Below, piece by piece: positions 1 to 14,400 of a stretch of 62,917 nt of DNA. The notes below the pieces were generated by a model. It did no database searches. It saw only the letters and a program-made list of their open reading frames with translations, and had not been told where the DNA came from. The translations under genes and the position numbers were made by a program. Source of the stretch: Ruditapes philippinarum (lineage: Eukaryota); NCBI RefSeq assembly GCF_026571515.1, contig NW_026866080.1, forward strand, positions 744,001-806,917, written 5' to 3'. How positions within the stretch are numbered: position 1 is the first letter of the stretch; every line of letters starts with the position of its first letter.

Positions 1-1897
1 AATTTACTCCCATTTTTTTCCATTCGTTGTAAGTTCCTGTTTCACTTTATCTGGTAAAGCAACTGGAATCCCTACGGGGGAGGATGAACAACTGCCGTTT
101 AGGCATTTGTCAACATTGAATGTTACATTCCCCAGGGAGTAACCCCATATGCCATCAAAAAACTGGGATAATCCGTCAAAAGCGGACTCTTTAGTAAGAA
201 AGCCTCTTTGTTTCTATGATTATAATCATTTTGATACAGAATGAGCGAAATTCTATGAGCTTAAAGCCCAAAAAGCACGACTTCACAACCTAATAGATGG
301 TGGGATTTTCGTTGTCTACGACATGAAACGTGACATTTTTTGCTTGACCTGAACAGCATAGAACAAGGAGAGTGATTTGCCCTTTTGCTATGCAAAAGAA
401 TTCCATTGTAGGCGGTCAATTTAGATGTGGGCTTTCAAGTGGTGCCTTGAATCCTAAACCTTGAAAGTTAGATAATGCAAAATTTTACCTGAGAGCCAGG
501 GTCTAACTCATTTGCACAGCCTTTTTACTATTTCCAATTAATATTTCTGTAACATCTGCCCATTTTTACTGTTACACAGTCAAGACTGTCCACATTTCAT
601 ACCACAGTCAAGTATAATTCAGAACTTATATTTGAAATGTTCATTCACTGTTCTTGATTTACAAACATTGCTCCAGTGGTCCATTTCTTTACAATTGTAC
701 ATTGTGTGCCTTTTGCTGGAACAACGCTGCTTGTCAGTATGTGATTTCCACACCTTGTTACATTTTTACTGTGTGAACGTTCCCCAAATGCGACCTGATT
801 GCTGATGTTTCTGTATATCGACCTGCATCATCGCATGAAGAGTTCCGAGAACGACGACCTTGGATGCCCGAATGAAACGGCTAGGCATCCGTCCCTTCGG
901 TCTGATACTGCATGATACCGGAGGCACTTTCTTTGACGTTATTGAACATTTTATTCTGAGATGCAGCATATTCAAATTCTTGGAAATTTTTGGCCTTGTC
1001 TAATTCAGATCTTCCCTACTTGCAAAAGCCTTTCTCTTAATTTCGAACATGGAACGCAAATATTAATCTATCTCTGATCATGTCATCTTTCTTGTTCCAA
1101 AATTCACACTCTGTAGGCCTTGTTTTATTATTGTGATGAATTGTTCCATAGTTTTTCGCTTGTTGTGATATTATTTGAATTGATAGCGGCTAAATACTGT
1201 TAATTATCGGCAGCGAGTGTCTCGGACTTTTTGGAAGATCTTTTATTGTGTCTTTTCTATCTGCATTACGACATGAAATTGCGGCTCTATATATTTCTCT
1301 TCCCTTTGCACCCATATTAAGCAATAGCAGTCTGTAACGTGGACATCTTCTTCTTGCTCTGTTCAAGGGTCCTTTAAAAATTACTAATTCACCAGTGCTC
1401 TTGAAATTTGCAAATTCTTCTACAAGATTGGTTTATGTCCAGTCCATTTGAGGCTTGCGGATACCACCTTAAATTCATTTTTTTATAATATTCCAGCACT
1501 TAAGGAAATATTATGTAATATTGCCAACAGAAGGAATTATAGTTTATTTCTGTCCTTTCTTAAAGAATGTTTTATTGCAAACAATTTTATTAAAATATTC
1601 CGTTCATTAGGAATGATTTACCTTTTTATATAATATTCTTTCCTTAGGAACTTATTAATTAAACTATTTAAAATATTCCGTCTTTAAGAATTATTATTTT
1701 TCCAGTTCTGACACCATGTTATGTCATGGGTTTATGAACGACATAAATATATATGTGCTCTAACTACGGTTTATTATCTAAACTATATTCTATGATACAT
1801 TGTGTTTAACATATCAGTGTCCGCGATGGTAGTATATTAAGATCTAGGGAACTCTCTATTATAAAGGAGCTGTACGCACCTAGAGTATCATGTTACA
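1..1897 (-). mobile_element. Decayed Ty3/Gypsy LTR retrotransposon (5' LTR, PBS, gag-protease-RT start; truncated by window start)
   Basis: LTR 1717-1897 has TG...CA ends and is followed on the minus strand by PBS TGGTGTCAGAA (1706-1716). Frameshifted minus-strand remnants: gag-like 'KDDMIRDRLIF' (~1060-1095), zinc knuckle 'PAKGTQC..C..MDHWSNVC' (~660-720), protease-like 'LDPGSQV' (~487-507), and an RT N-terminal-like '(V)VHPP.RIPVAL.DKVKQEL..MEK.GV' (~1-95). Confidence 0.8.
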
Positions 1898-2254
1898 GTT
1901 TACTCATCATGCTACACTACCATCTACACATTAAGGTTGTTTATCCCTGTAAGTTTAAGCAAAATCTGCCATGCGGTTTAAGCAGAGTTGCATTCACAAA
2001 ATTTCTAAATAGTATCTAGTGAAAAAATCAACAAAGGGCCATAATTCTGTTAAATTTGGTCGCAGCGAAAATTCCTTCCTTTACTACCATCTACACATTA
2101 AGGTTGTTCATCCCTGTAAGTTTAAGCAAAATCTGCCATCCAGTTTAAGAGAAGTTGCGTTCACAAGATTTCGGGACGTACGGACGGACTGACGGACGGA
2201 CGGACGGACGGACAAGTGCAACGCTATATGCTCCCACATTGTGGGGGCATAAAA
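1898..2254 (-). mobile_element. Partial HINE/DINE-1-like non-autonomous element
   Basis: Two copies of an internal repeat (ctaccatctacacattaaggttg), a (GGAC)n microsatellite at 2175-2213, and a terminal hairpin plus A-run. It is interrupted on the left by the LTR. Confidence 0.55.
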
Positions 2255-2410
2255 ATCTCATTACTGCATGTTCTTTTAAGATTATGCATAAGTTAGCAAT
2301 AAATGTTTAACCTACAGGCATAAACTTATGTGTTAATTTTTATTCAGTTCCTGGCAATTCTTCATGAATACAGGGCCGCATAAATGTTAACTCCAAACCA
2401 CACAACTTAC

Positions 2411-5400
2411 CAAGGGTTCATTCCATTTGAGTGTATCATTTTCAAATCCACCAAATATTAATATTTCACCATCAGTGGAACAAAACGCTGTATGCCATTC
2501 TCTAGGTTTACAAAAAGGCATTGTTATCTGTGACCACTGTCTGTCGGTCACATTCAATTGCCAAGCATCACCTGTTCATAGCAAAGGAAAGAAAAATATG
2601 AATGAAATAAGATTTTCAAATATTAATAAACCCCCCACCACAAAGCAACAACAAAAAACAAGAAGGCCAAGATGGCCCTCAATTGCTCACCTGACCAATT
2701 GAACTAATCTGAGCAATTACCTAGACAAGTCAAAAATTGACCACTAGAGTGTTAACAAGATTTTTCCATATTTGGGCGGTGTGACCTAGTTTTTGACCCC
2801 AAGTGACCCACATTCAAATTTGACTTAGAAATCATCAAAACAAACTTTTAAACTAATTTCCAGGATATTTGGATCAAAACAGTAGCCCCTAGCGTGTGAA
2901 CAAGATTTTTCTATTTTTAGCTCCTGTGACCTAGTTTTTCATCCAAGATGACCCATGTTTGAACTCATCTGAACAATTATCTACAAACACATCCAAGCAA
3001 TAACCTACACAAGCATCCTGAAAAAGTTTGATGATGATTTGTCAAAAATGTGACCACTAGAGTGTTAAAAAGGTTTTCCATATTTGGGTGGTATGACCTA
3101 GTTTTTGATCCAAGGTGACCCATATTCAAATTTGACTTAGAAATCATCAAAACAAACTTTCAGACTAATTTCCTGGATACACAGTATTTGGATTAAAGCA
3201 GAATCCACTATATTGTGAACAAGATTGTTCTACTTTTAGCTCCTGTGACCTAGTATATCATCCGAGAATGACCCATGGTTGAACTCATCCAAGCAATTAC
3301 CTAGAAAAGCATCCTGACAAAGTTGATGACAACTCAGTCAAAAATGTGACCACTAAAGTGTTAACAAGGTTTCTCCATATTTGGGCAGTGTGACCTAGTT
3401 TTTGACCCACGATGACCCATATTTAAGCTTGACCTAGAAATCATCCAAACAAATTTTCAGACCAATTTCCAGAATATTTGGATCAAAACAGTAGCCACTA
3501 CAGTGTTAACAGGATTTTTCTATTTTTAGCTCTCGTGACCTTGTTTTTCATCCGAGATGAGACCAAGGACAACAGGTGATGGCCATTCTACAATCCTTAA
3601 AGCTCACCCTGAACAATCTCAGATGAGCAAAAAAAAAAAAGAAAGAAAAAACTGGTTACTTCGATTAAAATATGGATTGAGAAATCAACTAACTAACTTA
3701 AAGACACAAAGTTGTCAGAATATCCACCATAAAGGAAGATAACTTCATCTGAGACAGCTGTAAAGGTATGCCATGATCGTCCACACGGACACGCACCTTC
3801 AACATATAACCTGAAATGTAAAATACATACGAGTTAAAAGCTTAAAGTACCTTAATGTACTCTTAGGAAATATATAATTTGGACTTTATTGTTGTAGTTA
3901 AATGAACAGTACATTTTTTAGCTTATATATTACATATATACAAGTAATATAATGAAAAAAAAACACAATTTTTAGGTCTGAGAGATTAATTTCAAAGAAT
4001 AAGAATGATAAACCTTGCATTATAATTGTACAACAATGCAAGAAAAAATTGATATTAATCTACATACTAATATGACATAAAAACAAGAATCATTAAAATT
4101 TGTTGAAGTACATCAAGTAAATTCAAGGGACTCCAGTAAGTTTTTTTTTTTTTTTTTTTTACATTACCTAACTGGAAATAATTTTTCAACATTAAAATTC
4201 AATTGAATGAAGCGTTAGATCAATATCTTTGTGCAAAATTTCAGATCATTCAAGCTCACTTCATTTATTCAAAATAACTATTCTTATTGTGAACAAGAGC
4301 TGTCACCCAAGTGACGAATGCCCCCCGAAAAGGTTTCTTAAGCATACAGGTATTATGAAAAGAAAAGAGAATGAAAGTAATTAATTGCTTAATATTGATC
4401 TTTGTATTATAGTACCTGTAATCTCTAATTGTGATAGCGTTAACCTTCAAAATATAAGTGTGACCTTGACCTTTAAAGAAGGGATGTGGTTTCTTGATGC
4501 GACAGATTGTTGTTATGAGATAGACATTTGTGCCAAGTTATTTAAAAATCCCTCAATGCATGACAAAGTTACAGTCTGGGCATAATTGTTGTGTAAGTGG
4601 GGACACACGGACAAATGGACATGAGCCTTAGCCAAGACACATTCTCTTGATGTGGTAAACATTTGTGCCAATTTATTTTAAAATCCTTCAATGCATGACA
4701 AAGTTACAGCCTGGACACGAATGTGTATCTTCAAACACTTCTAGAGAGAACGAGTACTTTCAAACTATAAGTGTGACCTTGACCTTGAAGGTAGGGTCAT
4801 GGGTTTTAGTCGTGACACATCGTCTTGATATGGTAGACATTTATGCCTAGTTATATTCAAATCCTTCCATGCATGACAAAGTTACAGTCTGGACATGAAA
4901 TCCACATCCATACAAAAATAACCAGTAACCAGGTGCACAACTACACATGCTGATCAACATTCCTGTAAAGTTTCATGACCCTAGGTCAAATACTTTTTGA
5001 GCTATATGTGACACAAGTTAACAAGAGCCTGATTTGAACCTGGTGATGCTCCCCAAATAGGTTTTGGACACAAGAAAGTACACCTCTTGTAGTTTCAGGG
5101 TTATGTCTCTTGAAAAAATTGCAATAAGTCCAAAATTAGGCAAGGCAGAGAAACTGTTCTTTGCACTGCACTTTTAATTTATGCCATCTATCAACCTACA
5201 AAGTTTCTTGTTGATAACTCTTATGGTTTCTGAGACAAAGTTCAATATGTAAAAATGAACAAAGGGCAATAACTACAAAATTTGGCAAGGCGGAGTTTAA
5301 GTTCTTGTGCACTTCACATCTACCTATTGAGATCTACCTACCTACAAAGTTTGATATAGATATCTCTTATAGTTTTAGAGTGATGTCCCAGACAAGATTT

Positions 5401-8400
5401 TTTTAAAAGGGGAAATAATTCAAAAATGGGGCAAAACAGAGTTATAGTTCTTTCATACTGCACTTTTACTCAATGCAATCTATCTACCTACAAAGTTTCA
5501 TGTTGATATCTTAAATTTTAGAGTTATGTCCCAGACAAAGTTCAAAAAGTAAAAATAAACAAAGGGGAATAACTCCAAAATTTGGCAAGGCAGAGTTACG
5601 ATTCTTGTGCAATGCACTTTTTCTCAATGCTATCTATCTATCTACAAAGTTTCATGCTGATATCTCTTATAATTTTAGATTTATGTCCCGGACGAAAAAG
5701 AGTTATGGTTCTTTTGCACTGCACTTCTACTCAATGAGATCTAACTACCTACAAAGTGTTATGTTGATATCTCTTATAATCTAAGAGTAATGTTCCTGAC
5801 GAAGTTCAAAGTGTTTAAATGAACAAAGAGCAATAACTCCAAAATTAGGCAAAAAAGAGTTATGCACTGCCCATCTTCCCATTGAGATCTATTTACCTAC
5901 ACAGTTTCATGATGATATCTCTAATAATTTTAGAGTTATGTCCCAGACAAGATTTTTCTAAAAGGAAAGATAATTCAACAAGAGCACTGCTAGGCTGAGC
6001 ATTATATGTTCCAAAGTGTTTTTTTTATTACTTTAAAGATGCAGCATTTGTAAGACATTACCTCCTTCAAATAGCAATTCTCCTATGAAGTTTGAATATT
6101 GTGGGCCAAATGGAACTTAAGTTATGCTCCTGAAACTGTTTTCAGTTTTAAGGTAATAGTGACCTTGAACTTTGACCTTGTGACCCCAAAATCAATAGTG
6201 GTCTTCTACCTTATATGGACAATCATCCTTTGAACACTGTGGGCCAAATGAAACTCAAGTTATGTTCCGGAAACTGTTTTCAGTTTTAAGGTAATAGTGA
6301 CCTTGACCTTTGACCTTCTGACCCCAAAATCAATAGGGATCTTCTACCCAATATGGACAATCATACTATGAAGTTTGAACACTGTGGGCCAAATGGAACT
6401 TAAGTTATGTTCCGGAAACTTTTTTCAGTTTTAAGGTAATAGTTACCTTTGCCTTTGACCTTGTGACCCCAAATCAATAGGGGTCTTTACCCAATATGGA
6501 CAATCATCCTATGAAGTTTGAATATTGTGGGCAAAATGGAACTAAAGTTATGCTTCGGAAACCAAATTGCTAACAGACGGATGGACAGATGGACGGACGC
6601 CAGGGGGTATAGCATAATAAAATAAATAAAATTGGGGCAAAAAACAGTTATGTTCTTTGACACTGCACTCCGCATCAATGCCCTCTACCACTATGATAAG
6701 TTTAAACAAATTATCTCCAAAGGTTTTCAAGTTATGCTCCGGACAAGACAACGGAAGTTCTAACGGGACAGTAATTATGTGGCTACTCTTATGTTCTCTC
6801 TATTATTCTTTTAAGCCACACAAAAGAAAATAGCCACATAAAAGCATTATGAAATGAATCAGGCCTCGACATTAGCGGTGGTCCATGACCACCTGATTTT
6901 GTCAAGGACCACCTAATTTTAAAAGCCGCTGGTCCGTTGGACCACTTGAATTTTCTGGTTGGTGCAGACTCATTTGGGAGAATGGTGATTTGGTCAAAAA
7001 CATGTTATAAACATTTCCTTTAAAATCATTTGTCCCGATGTACATGTATATGGTTCATTAATTATCTGATTTAGTTAAAGAAGTTCTTAAATCATCTATA
7101 ACTTTCATTTTTAAATCGGGGCTAAAAATTTGGTTTATGCAAGTTAAAAGAGTTTAGACTTTGTGATATCAATTAAGGTACAAAATTCATTCAAATGATG
7201 CTAATAATTATGCATCGTCGGATTACCTACGGTGGAACCAGTAACATTTATGTTATATTACGTGTTAATTAACCGTGGGCATCCGACGATGGTAATTATG
7301 ATATTGTATGGGATATAAGATAAAACTTAAAATTTCATATACTTAAATAATGGCAGCAAACAAAAAGGAACTGGAAAATACATCTAGTAATTCTTTGCTA
7401 CTTATCTTTTTATTTTAACAAGTTTAACGATAGAGATCCATTTCCCTCTAGAGTTAAAATTACTTTAAAAGGTTAAAAATACTCAATGACATGTTTAAAA
7501 ATAAATATCAACCAAAAACAAGCAACAGGGAGGTAAAAATAGTATTATTATACATCTGTGAGAAAAATAAGCCTTAAACTATAGTTATATATAACATTAG
7601 TTTTTTATTTTTTTATCCTCAGCTATTTCCTTGTTTTAAGATAATTTATTAGTATATTAAAAAATGTTAATCTATAAAAGATACATGTAATTATCATAAT
7701 TAAAAGAACATAAATAAGAGCCCTGTTGTGTTTTTTTGAATGACATATAAAAAACCAAATAACTTTATGATAAAATACCTACTAACTTGCTCTCCTTTAT
7801 TTCTGTTAGATAAAAATATATATATCTAAAATTATCTGTTTTTTTACGGTTAATGATACATCTTTGCATCAATTTTAAAACATATTTTTTTCTAATTTTG
7901 CAGTAAAATGACATAATAATAATTGACCACCTGACTCCTGGAAGGACCACCTTAATTTCAAATCTAGTGGTCCGGCTAACCACCTGCTAAAAAAGTTAGT
8001 GTCGAGGCCTGTGAATGAAATCAAAGAGAAAAAACAGTTACCTATTGTCCCTCTAGCCACATTATTAATGTGAGAGTCAACGGACGGACAGACAAGGCAG
8101 CGACTTTATGCTCTCCCTTCGGGGAGCATAAAAATTGCAAATTTCTTCTAAGTTAAGGGCAAAAACTCTTACAAAACCGAGAAAAAAAAACAAGCAAAAG
8201 CCCAGGTGCAAAACTTCACATGCTGAGCAACATTCTTGAAAGTTTAATGATTCTAGGTCAAATTCTTTTTAAGCTACATGCCACACAAGTTAAAAATTGC
8301 AAATATTTACTAAGTCAAGGGCAATTTCTTTACCAATACTGTGAATAAATCCACACAAAAATACCCAGGTGCACAACTACATATGCTGAGCAACTTTCCT

Positions 8401-11400
8401 GCAAAGGTTCATGACACTAGGTCAAATACTTTCTGAGCTACGTGCAACACAAAATGAGAATGGAGGGACAGACAAGGGTAAATCTAAATGCACCCACCCC
8501 CCTTCCTAAAGTGGGGGCACAATAATTAGTTTTTGAGATATAAAAATAATAGCATTTCTGTGACATAATTGGCCTTTAAAGTGCTACTGTAATTATTAGG
8601 TTTATTGTAAATTCTTAAACAATATTTCCTTTAAATAATAAGTAAAATATATGCATGTACTTACTCTCCTGACCAAGTGAGAGTTTCTAATTCTAAGGAA
8701 TGTAGATCATTCATTCTTATGTCGCCATGACGACCACCAAATAAATATACCACATTTTTTAATCTGACTGCTGTGTGAGCGGCTCGAGGAACTGGTACTG
8801 GTCCCTGAAGCAGATACAAGGTACATGAATTTTATAAAGGTGTTGGTACTGGTCCATGAAACAGATAGAAGGTACATGAATTTTATAAAGACATAGGTAC
8901 AATGTACTGGTGTGTGAAATAAACAGAAGGTCCATGAATCTATAAAATATTGATATTTGTCCATGAAACAGACAGAAAATACATGAATTTTATAAAGACA
9001 TAGGGAACTGGTGCATGAAAAAAACAAAGGTACATGAATTTATAAAGGTGTTGATGCTGGTTCATGAAACAGACAGATGGTACATGAATTTATAAAGGTA
9101 TTGATACTCAGGTTCATGAAACAGACAGAAGGTTCATGAATTTATTAAGGTATCGGTACTGGTTCATGAAACAGACAGATGGTACATGACTTAATAAAGG
9201 TATTGAGACTGGTCCATGAAACAGACAGATGGTACATGACTTAATAAAGGTATTGAGACTGGTCCATGAAACAGACAGATGGTACATGACTTAATAAAGG
9301 TATTGAGACTGGTCCATGAAACAGACAGATGGTACATGAATTTATAAAGGTATTGAGACTGGTCCATGAATTAGATATAAAGTATATGTTTATTGTCATT
9401 TTTTCAATTGAAACAGACAGTTAAAAACTTTTAATAGCCACTGACAGATACAGTAGGTCCTTATTAATTGGACCCCTATTTTTGCAAAAATATGCCAAAG
9501 TTTCTATAAGCTTGCTTGACAACATATGAGCCGCGTCACGACAAAACCAACATAGTGGGTTTGCGACCAGCATGGATCCAGACCAGCCTGCACATCCGCG
9601 CAGTCTGATCAGGATCCATGCTGTTCGCTATCAGTTTCACTACTTGTAATAGGGTTGGTAAGCGAACAGCATGGATCCTGATCAGACTGCGCGGATGCGC
9701 AGGCTGGTCTGGATCCATGCTGGTCGCAAACGCATTATGTTGGTTTTGTCGTGACACTTGGGTTACTCCATCTATTGCTTTCTAAATCATACACAAGAAG
9801 TTGATTATTCCACTGATTGTCTTTCAGCTGTGGTGAAACAAACATAACACCAATATATCGCTCACCTGATTACATTTGAGTATATGAAAATATGCACAGA
9901 GTCTAAATTTCATGGCAGTAATTAAAAAAAAAAAAAGAAAAAAAAAGTAGAACATATTCTAGATCAACAGTTTTACACTTAAATTGCATGTCAGGTTATT
10001 TAGAGGGTTGTAACACAAAACACAAAAAGGACGTCCACAAAATCAAAATCAAGGTCAACTAAATTCTTCATCTGAAAGTGTCCATTATAGTTCAAATTTC
10101 ATAGCTGTAGTTCTAACTGCAAAAAAAAAAAGGTGACTTCGTCATAGTCTAGGTCAACTAATAATTAAACCTTGTACATAGTTGACAAAAATTGTCATCA
10201 TCAGTACATATATCTCATTTCTGAAAATTAAAAGAGCTACAGCTGTAGTCATGGAAAAACAGTCACTCAGGTTGCAATGGAAAAACAAATGTTTATATGA
10301 AATTCTCTGGTTTGTTATAGAAAGTGAATGGTTGCTATGGAATTCATTGGTTGCTATGGAATGTAAATAGTTGCCATGAAAGGCACAGCAGGGTTAATTT
10401 TGACCTCAGGGTCATGATTTGAACAAACTAAGTATAAGCCAACAAGGCACTAGACAATGCTTCGCATCAAATATCTAGGCTCTTGGCCTAACAGTTACAG
10501 ACCGATTAACGGCTTTTCCTATTTGAGACTAAGTAAAATAGAATAACCTCCAGGGCCTGGCTAATTTTTACTCCAAAGCTACATGTATAATTAGAACAAG
10601 CTTGGTAGAGTATTATAAGGAGATGCTACATACTTAATATTTAAACTTAAGCTATTCAATTTGAGTTGAATGTGTTATACCCTTGGGGAGATAATGAATG
10701 GAAACTGAAAATTTCATATCATTTTCAAAGTGGAAGGGGCAATACTCTGCCAAAAATCATTGAACCAAGACCAAATTCAAACTTGACCTGCGCATTCCTT
10801 TGACATATCCATATGTGAGATTTGAGTTAAATGTGTAATACCTTTGGGGAGATATTATGAACGGAAACTGAAAATTTCATCAAGGGGCATAACTCTTGTC
10901 AAAATTCATCGAACCATGACCAAATTCATACTTTACCTGTATTTTCTCATGATATATCCATATGTCAAATTTGAGTTGAATATGTGCAACTGTTACTAAA
11001 ATAATAAACGGAAACTGATGATGACGGAATGGCCAGTCATTTTATTGCGGGGGCATAAAAATTGGATTCAATTCTGGAACATGATGTGATTCAAATTCTA
11101 GAAGTTTATTGGTTGACTAATATAAGATGTGAATTAAATGAAAATATTACAGCATAACACATACATATCTGGAACCAGTGTTCTTGACAAACTGTCCATT
11201 TTCATAAAGATACGTTCCTGAATTTATATTCTCACCAAAACCTCCGAAATAATATAATCTGAAGAGAAAAACATGTTTCTAATGTTGAATTACAAAAAAA
11301 AACCTCAGTTATTTCAACAAAGAATTTCAAATTAATACAATCCTGACATACAAAATTAAGTTACATTACTGTATTATACAGGATGTGTCCCCGACAGGGA

Positions 11401-14400
11401 CTTTGGATTCTTTCATGTGAGGAAGCAATCCAGCCAGCTAATGGAAAGTCAGTGTCTCTACTTAGGTGTCGGTTCATGCCTAAAATAATGCATGGCAGGG
11501 CACCTGAGGTCTTTCTCCACCAGAAAAGCTGGAACATAGCAATATGACCAAGACTGTGTTGGTGTGACGTAAAACCCAATCAAACAAACAAACATGATGT
11601 GTCCAAAGAAATCAAAACACTTTGTATGATCATTATTTATAAAATATAAGTTTGAAACAGCAGTGGCATAAGACATGTTTACCTCTGCCGAATCATCAAA
11701 CTGGAGAGCCATGGTGGCCCTGGATATCTCACCTGAGATATAACTATTGCTAAACAAGAGCTGTGGGTAGGACAGCAAAGCTCGACTATTCTTAGTGCTT
11801 GATAGTAAAAGAGACTTGATAATGTAAAATTTTCTAAATTTACAAAAGGGCAAAATTTTTCTTTAAATCCATGTTACAGTTATAGGCCTTGGAAAGAGTC
11901 CTATAATGCTCTCAAAGAAGAGTATAAAATTTCAACTTGTTTCAGTGCCAGATATCAATAGAATATGAAAATATCTGAGGTGGTATGCAAATTTAAAAGT
12001 AAATTCTAAGTTGAAAAAGGGGCATTTTTCTGTCAAAAATGCTAATAAAGTTACCTCCTCCTGTCTACAGGTAGAGGTCATGATGGTGAACAAGTGTGCA
12101 AAGTTTCAAAGCCATATGTCCATGGACTTTGAAAATATTCTAGGTTTTACAAAAACTTTTACAAAAGTGGTTATGCAGACACCCACACTCGGGTGACTAC
12201 AATAGCTCTTCTTATTCTTATCGAATAGTCGAGCTAAAAAGGACATCTGTTTTATTTTTCATATGTTAAAGGCAATAATGACTTTACATTAGCTTTGTCA
12301 ATTTTTACCCAAGTTGCATATTTTTTTAAATATTTCTAGATGTCTGTTAATGTGCTATGAACTGCTTCATAACAAATCACGGTGTAAGCTCTTGGCACTG
12401 TAATTTCACATAAAAAGAATTAATTAATCTGAATGTGTTTTACTTTGCAAGTCTATATATAAGTGACCTCTGGGGCAAAAATAAATTTTGACCTCAGCGG
12501 CATGATTTACATAAATTTTGAAGTGGATTACAAATCAATGACCCCCATTGCGTTGCCATATTTTACCTCAGGGGCTTGACTTACATAGCTTTCGTAGCCA
12601 TCCACTAGGCAATGCTACATGCTAAATATTGAGACTCTTGTATTTTCACAAAAGATGACTTAAATGTATTTTCCTATACAGTTTATATAAACTAAGTGAC
12701 CCCTTTGGAAGGGCCAGTTTTGACCATAGGGGCATGATTTATATAACTTATATGCAAAATTAATATGAGCAGCGTCACCACAAAACCAACATAGTGCGTT
12801 TGCGACCAGCATGGATCCAGACCAGCCTGCGCATCTGCGCAGTCTGATCAGGATCCATGCTGTTCGCTATCAGTTTCTATACTTGTAATAGGGTTGGTTA
12901 GCGAACAGCATGGATCCTGATCATACTGCGCAGATGCGCAAGCTGGTCTGGATCCATGCTGGTCGCAAACCCATTATGTTGGTTTTGTCATGACGCAGCT
13001 CATATCTCAATCTGATCATTGCACTTGCAGAGAAGACACGAGCCAATAGAAGGCGGGCCATTTTTTTCCTGATTCGTGAAGGTCACTTTTGTTGTGACTG
13101 ATAAAGAAATCCAAGTGCACAGAACCTCTGCTCTAGCATGTACAGAAGTTACAAATTCCTTGCAAAAGGGATGGCAAGTAGTACTGGAAAAGTGCTTGAT
13201 GTGGTAGCTGAACTGTGCTCTGGTGATTTCAATGTGGCTTACTTATTAAAGTTACTGCCATGAACCAGAGGGTTTTAACTACCATCGCAACTACTACCAC
13301 CTAAATGTCATTCCTGAACACACTACACAACCACCACAAAAGCTACCCTCTAAAATGCCCAGGTAAGGTAAAAATAAAGCAAGTTAATAAATATTAGCCT
13401 ATCAATTGTTAAATACTTTTCATCAATTATTTCTTACTTGTTATTATAGGACCAAGCTGTAAATTTATCTCTAGGACTTGGTAACAGTTCTGATTCTGGT
13501 ATTATATGTTTCCATGTCAGCTGTTGTAAGTCTAAACAGTATAATTCATTTGTGTCGCCATTCTTCGTGTGACCTCCAAATATATACATCTTACTGGCAA
13601 TTAGTAAGCCTGAAGCACCAGAGGTTCCTGGTGGAATGTCACCCTCGGTTACATGTTCAGTCCTACAAAACCACAAAAAAACAACACCTGGTTACAATTT
13701 GTTGAAACAATAACATGTAAAAGGGTTCATTATAACTGAGTTACTCCTTACATTTATTATATGATACTGATATTGTAGTATTTACCACCATTTTTCTACT
13801 GTCTGATCAATGCATAACAGTTACATGTAGTGCTTTTTTCCCAAAATTTTGACATCTTTTTGTTAATTTACATTTGCAAACTACTTTCTTTGTTCACTTC
13901 ACAATATTTTACTTTTAAAATTTAATATACATGTGTATATAAATTTAAAAAACTTTAATAAAAATTAGCATGAATCATGCTTCTTTAACAAAATCTGCAA
14001 ACAATAAAGAATAAACTTCCATATGGGTGTGTTTTTTTTCTGCACTTACCAATAGCCAACATCAAGGTCTGTGTGATACACTGTAATGGTATTTGCAGGT
14101 AAATATTTTTCTCTAAATGAAAAATAATCACCCTGAAACAAACACGTTATGATAAATAAGATACATTTTTATTAAATATTTGAAATATTTTACAAAAGTG
14201 CAAAGTGATTGACAATTTATTAATATCATCTGCAAAACAATCAAGCTTCAGTCAAACCATGGTTCATGACATATATAGAAGATAAAGGTCTTGTTACCAA
14301 TGACTCATTGACAGACACTTTTTCTGTCGATTGGCCACTCAGTGTTTTTTACCAACAAAACATTGTTTGAGTAGGCAAATCATTTCAGGCCATAACAACA

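Noticed and set aside
8790-9372. CRISPR-like regular repeats (also 55170-55398)
   Set aside because: No unique spacers, no cas genes, and a eukaryotic intron context; these are minisatellites.
9536-9757. 73-aa ORF
   Set aside because: Lies wholly within the palindromic MITE.
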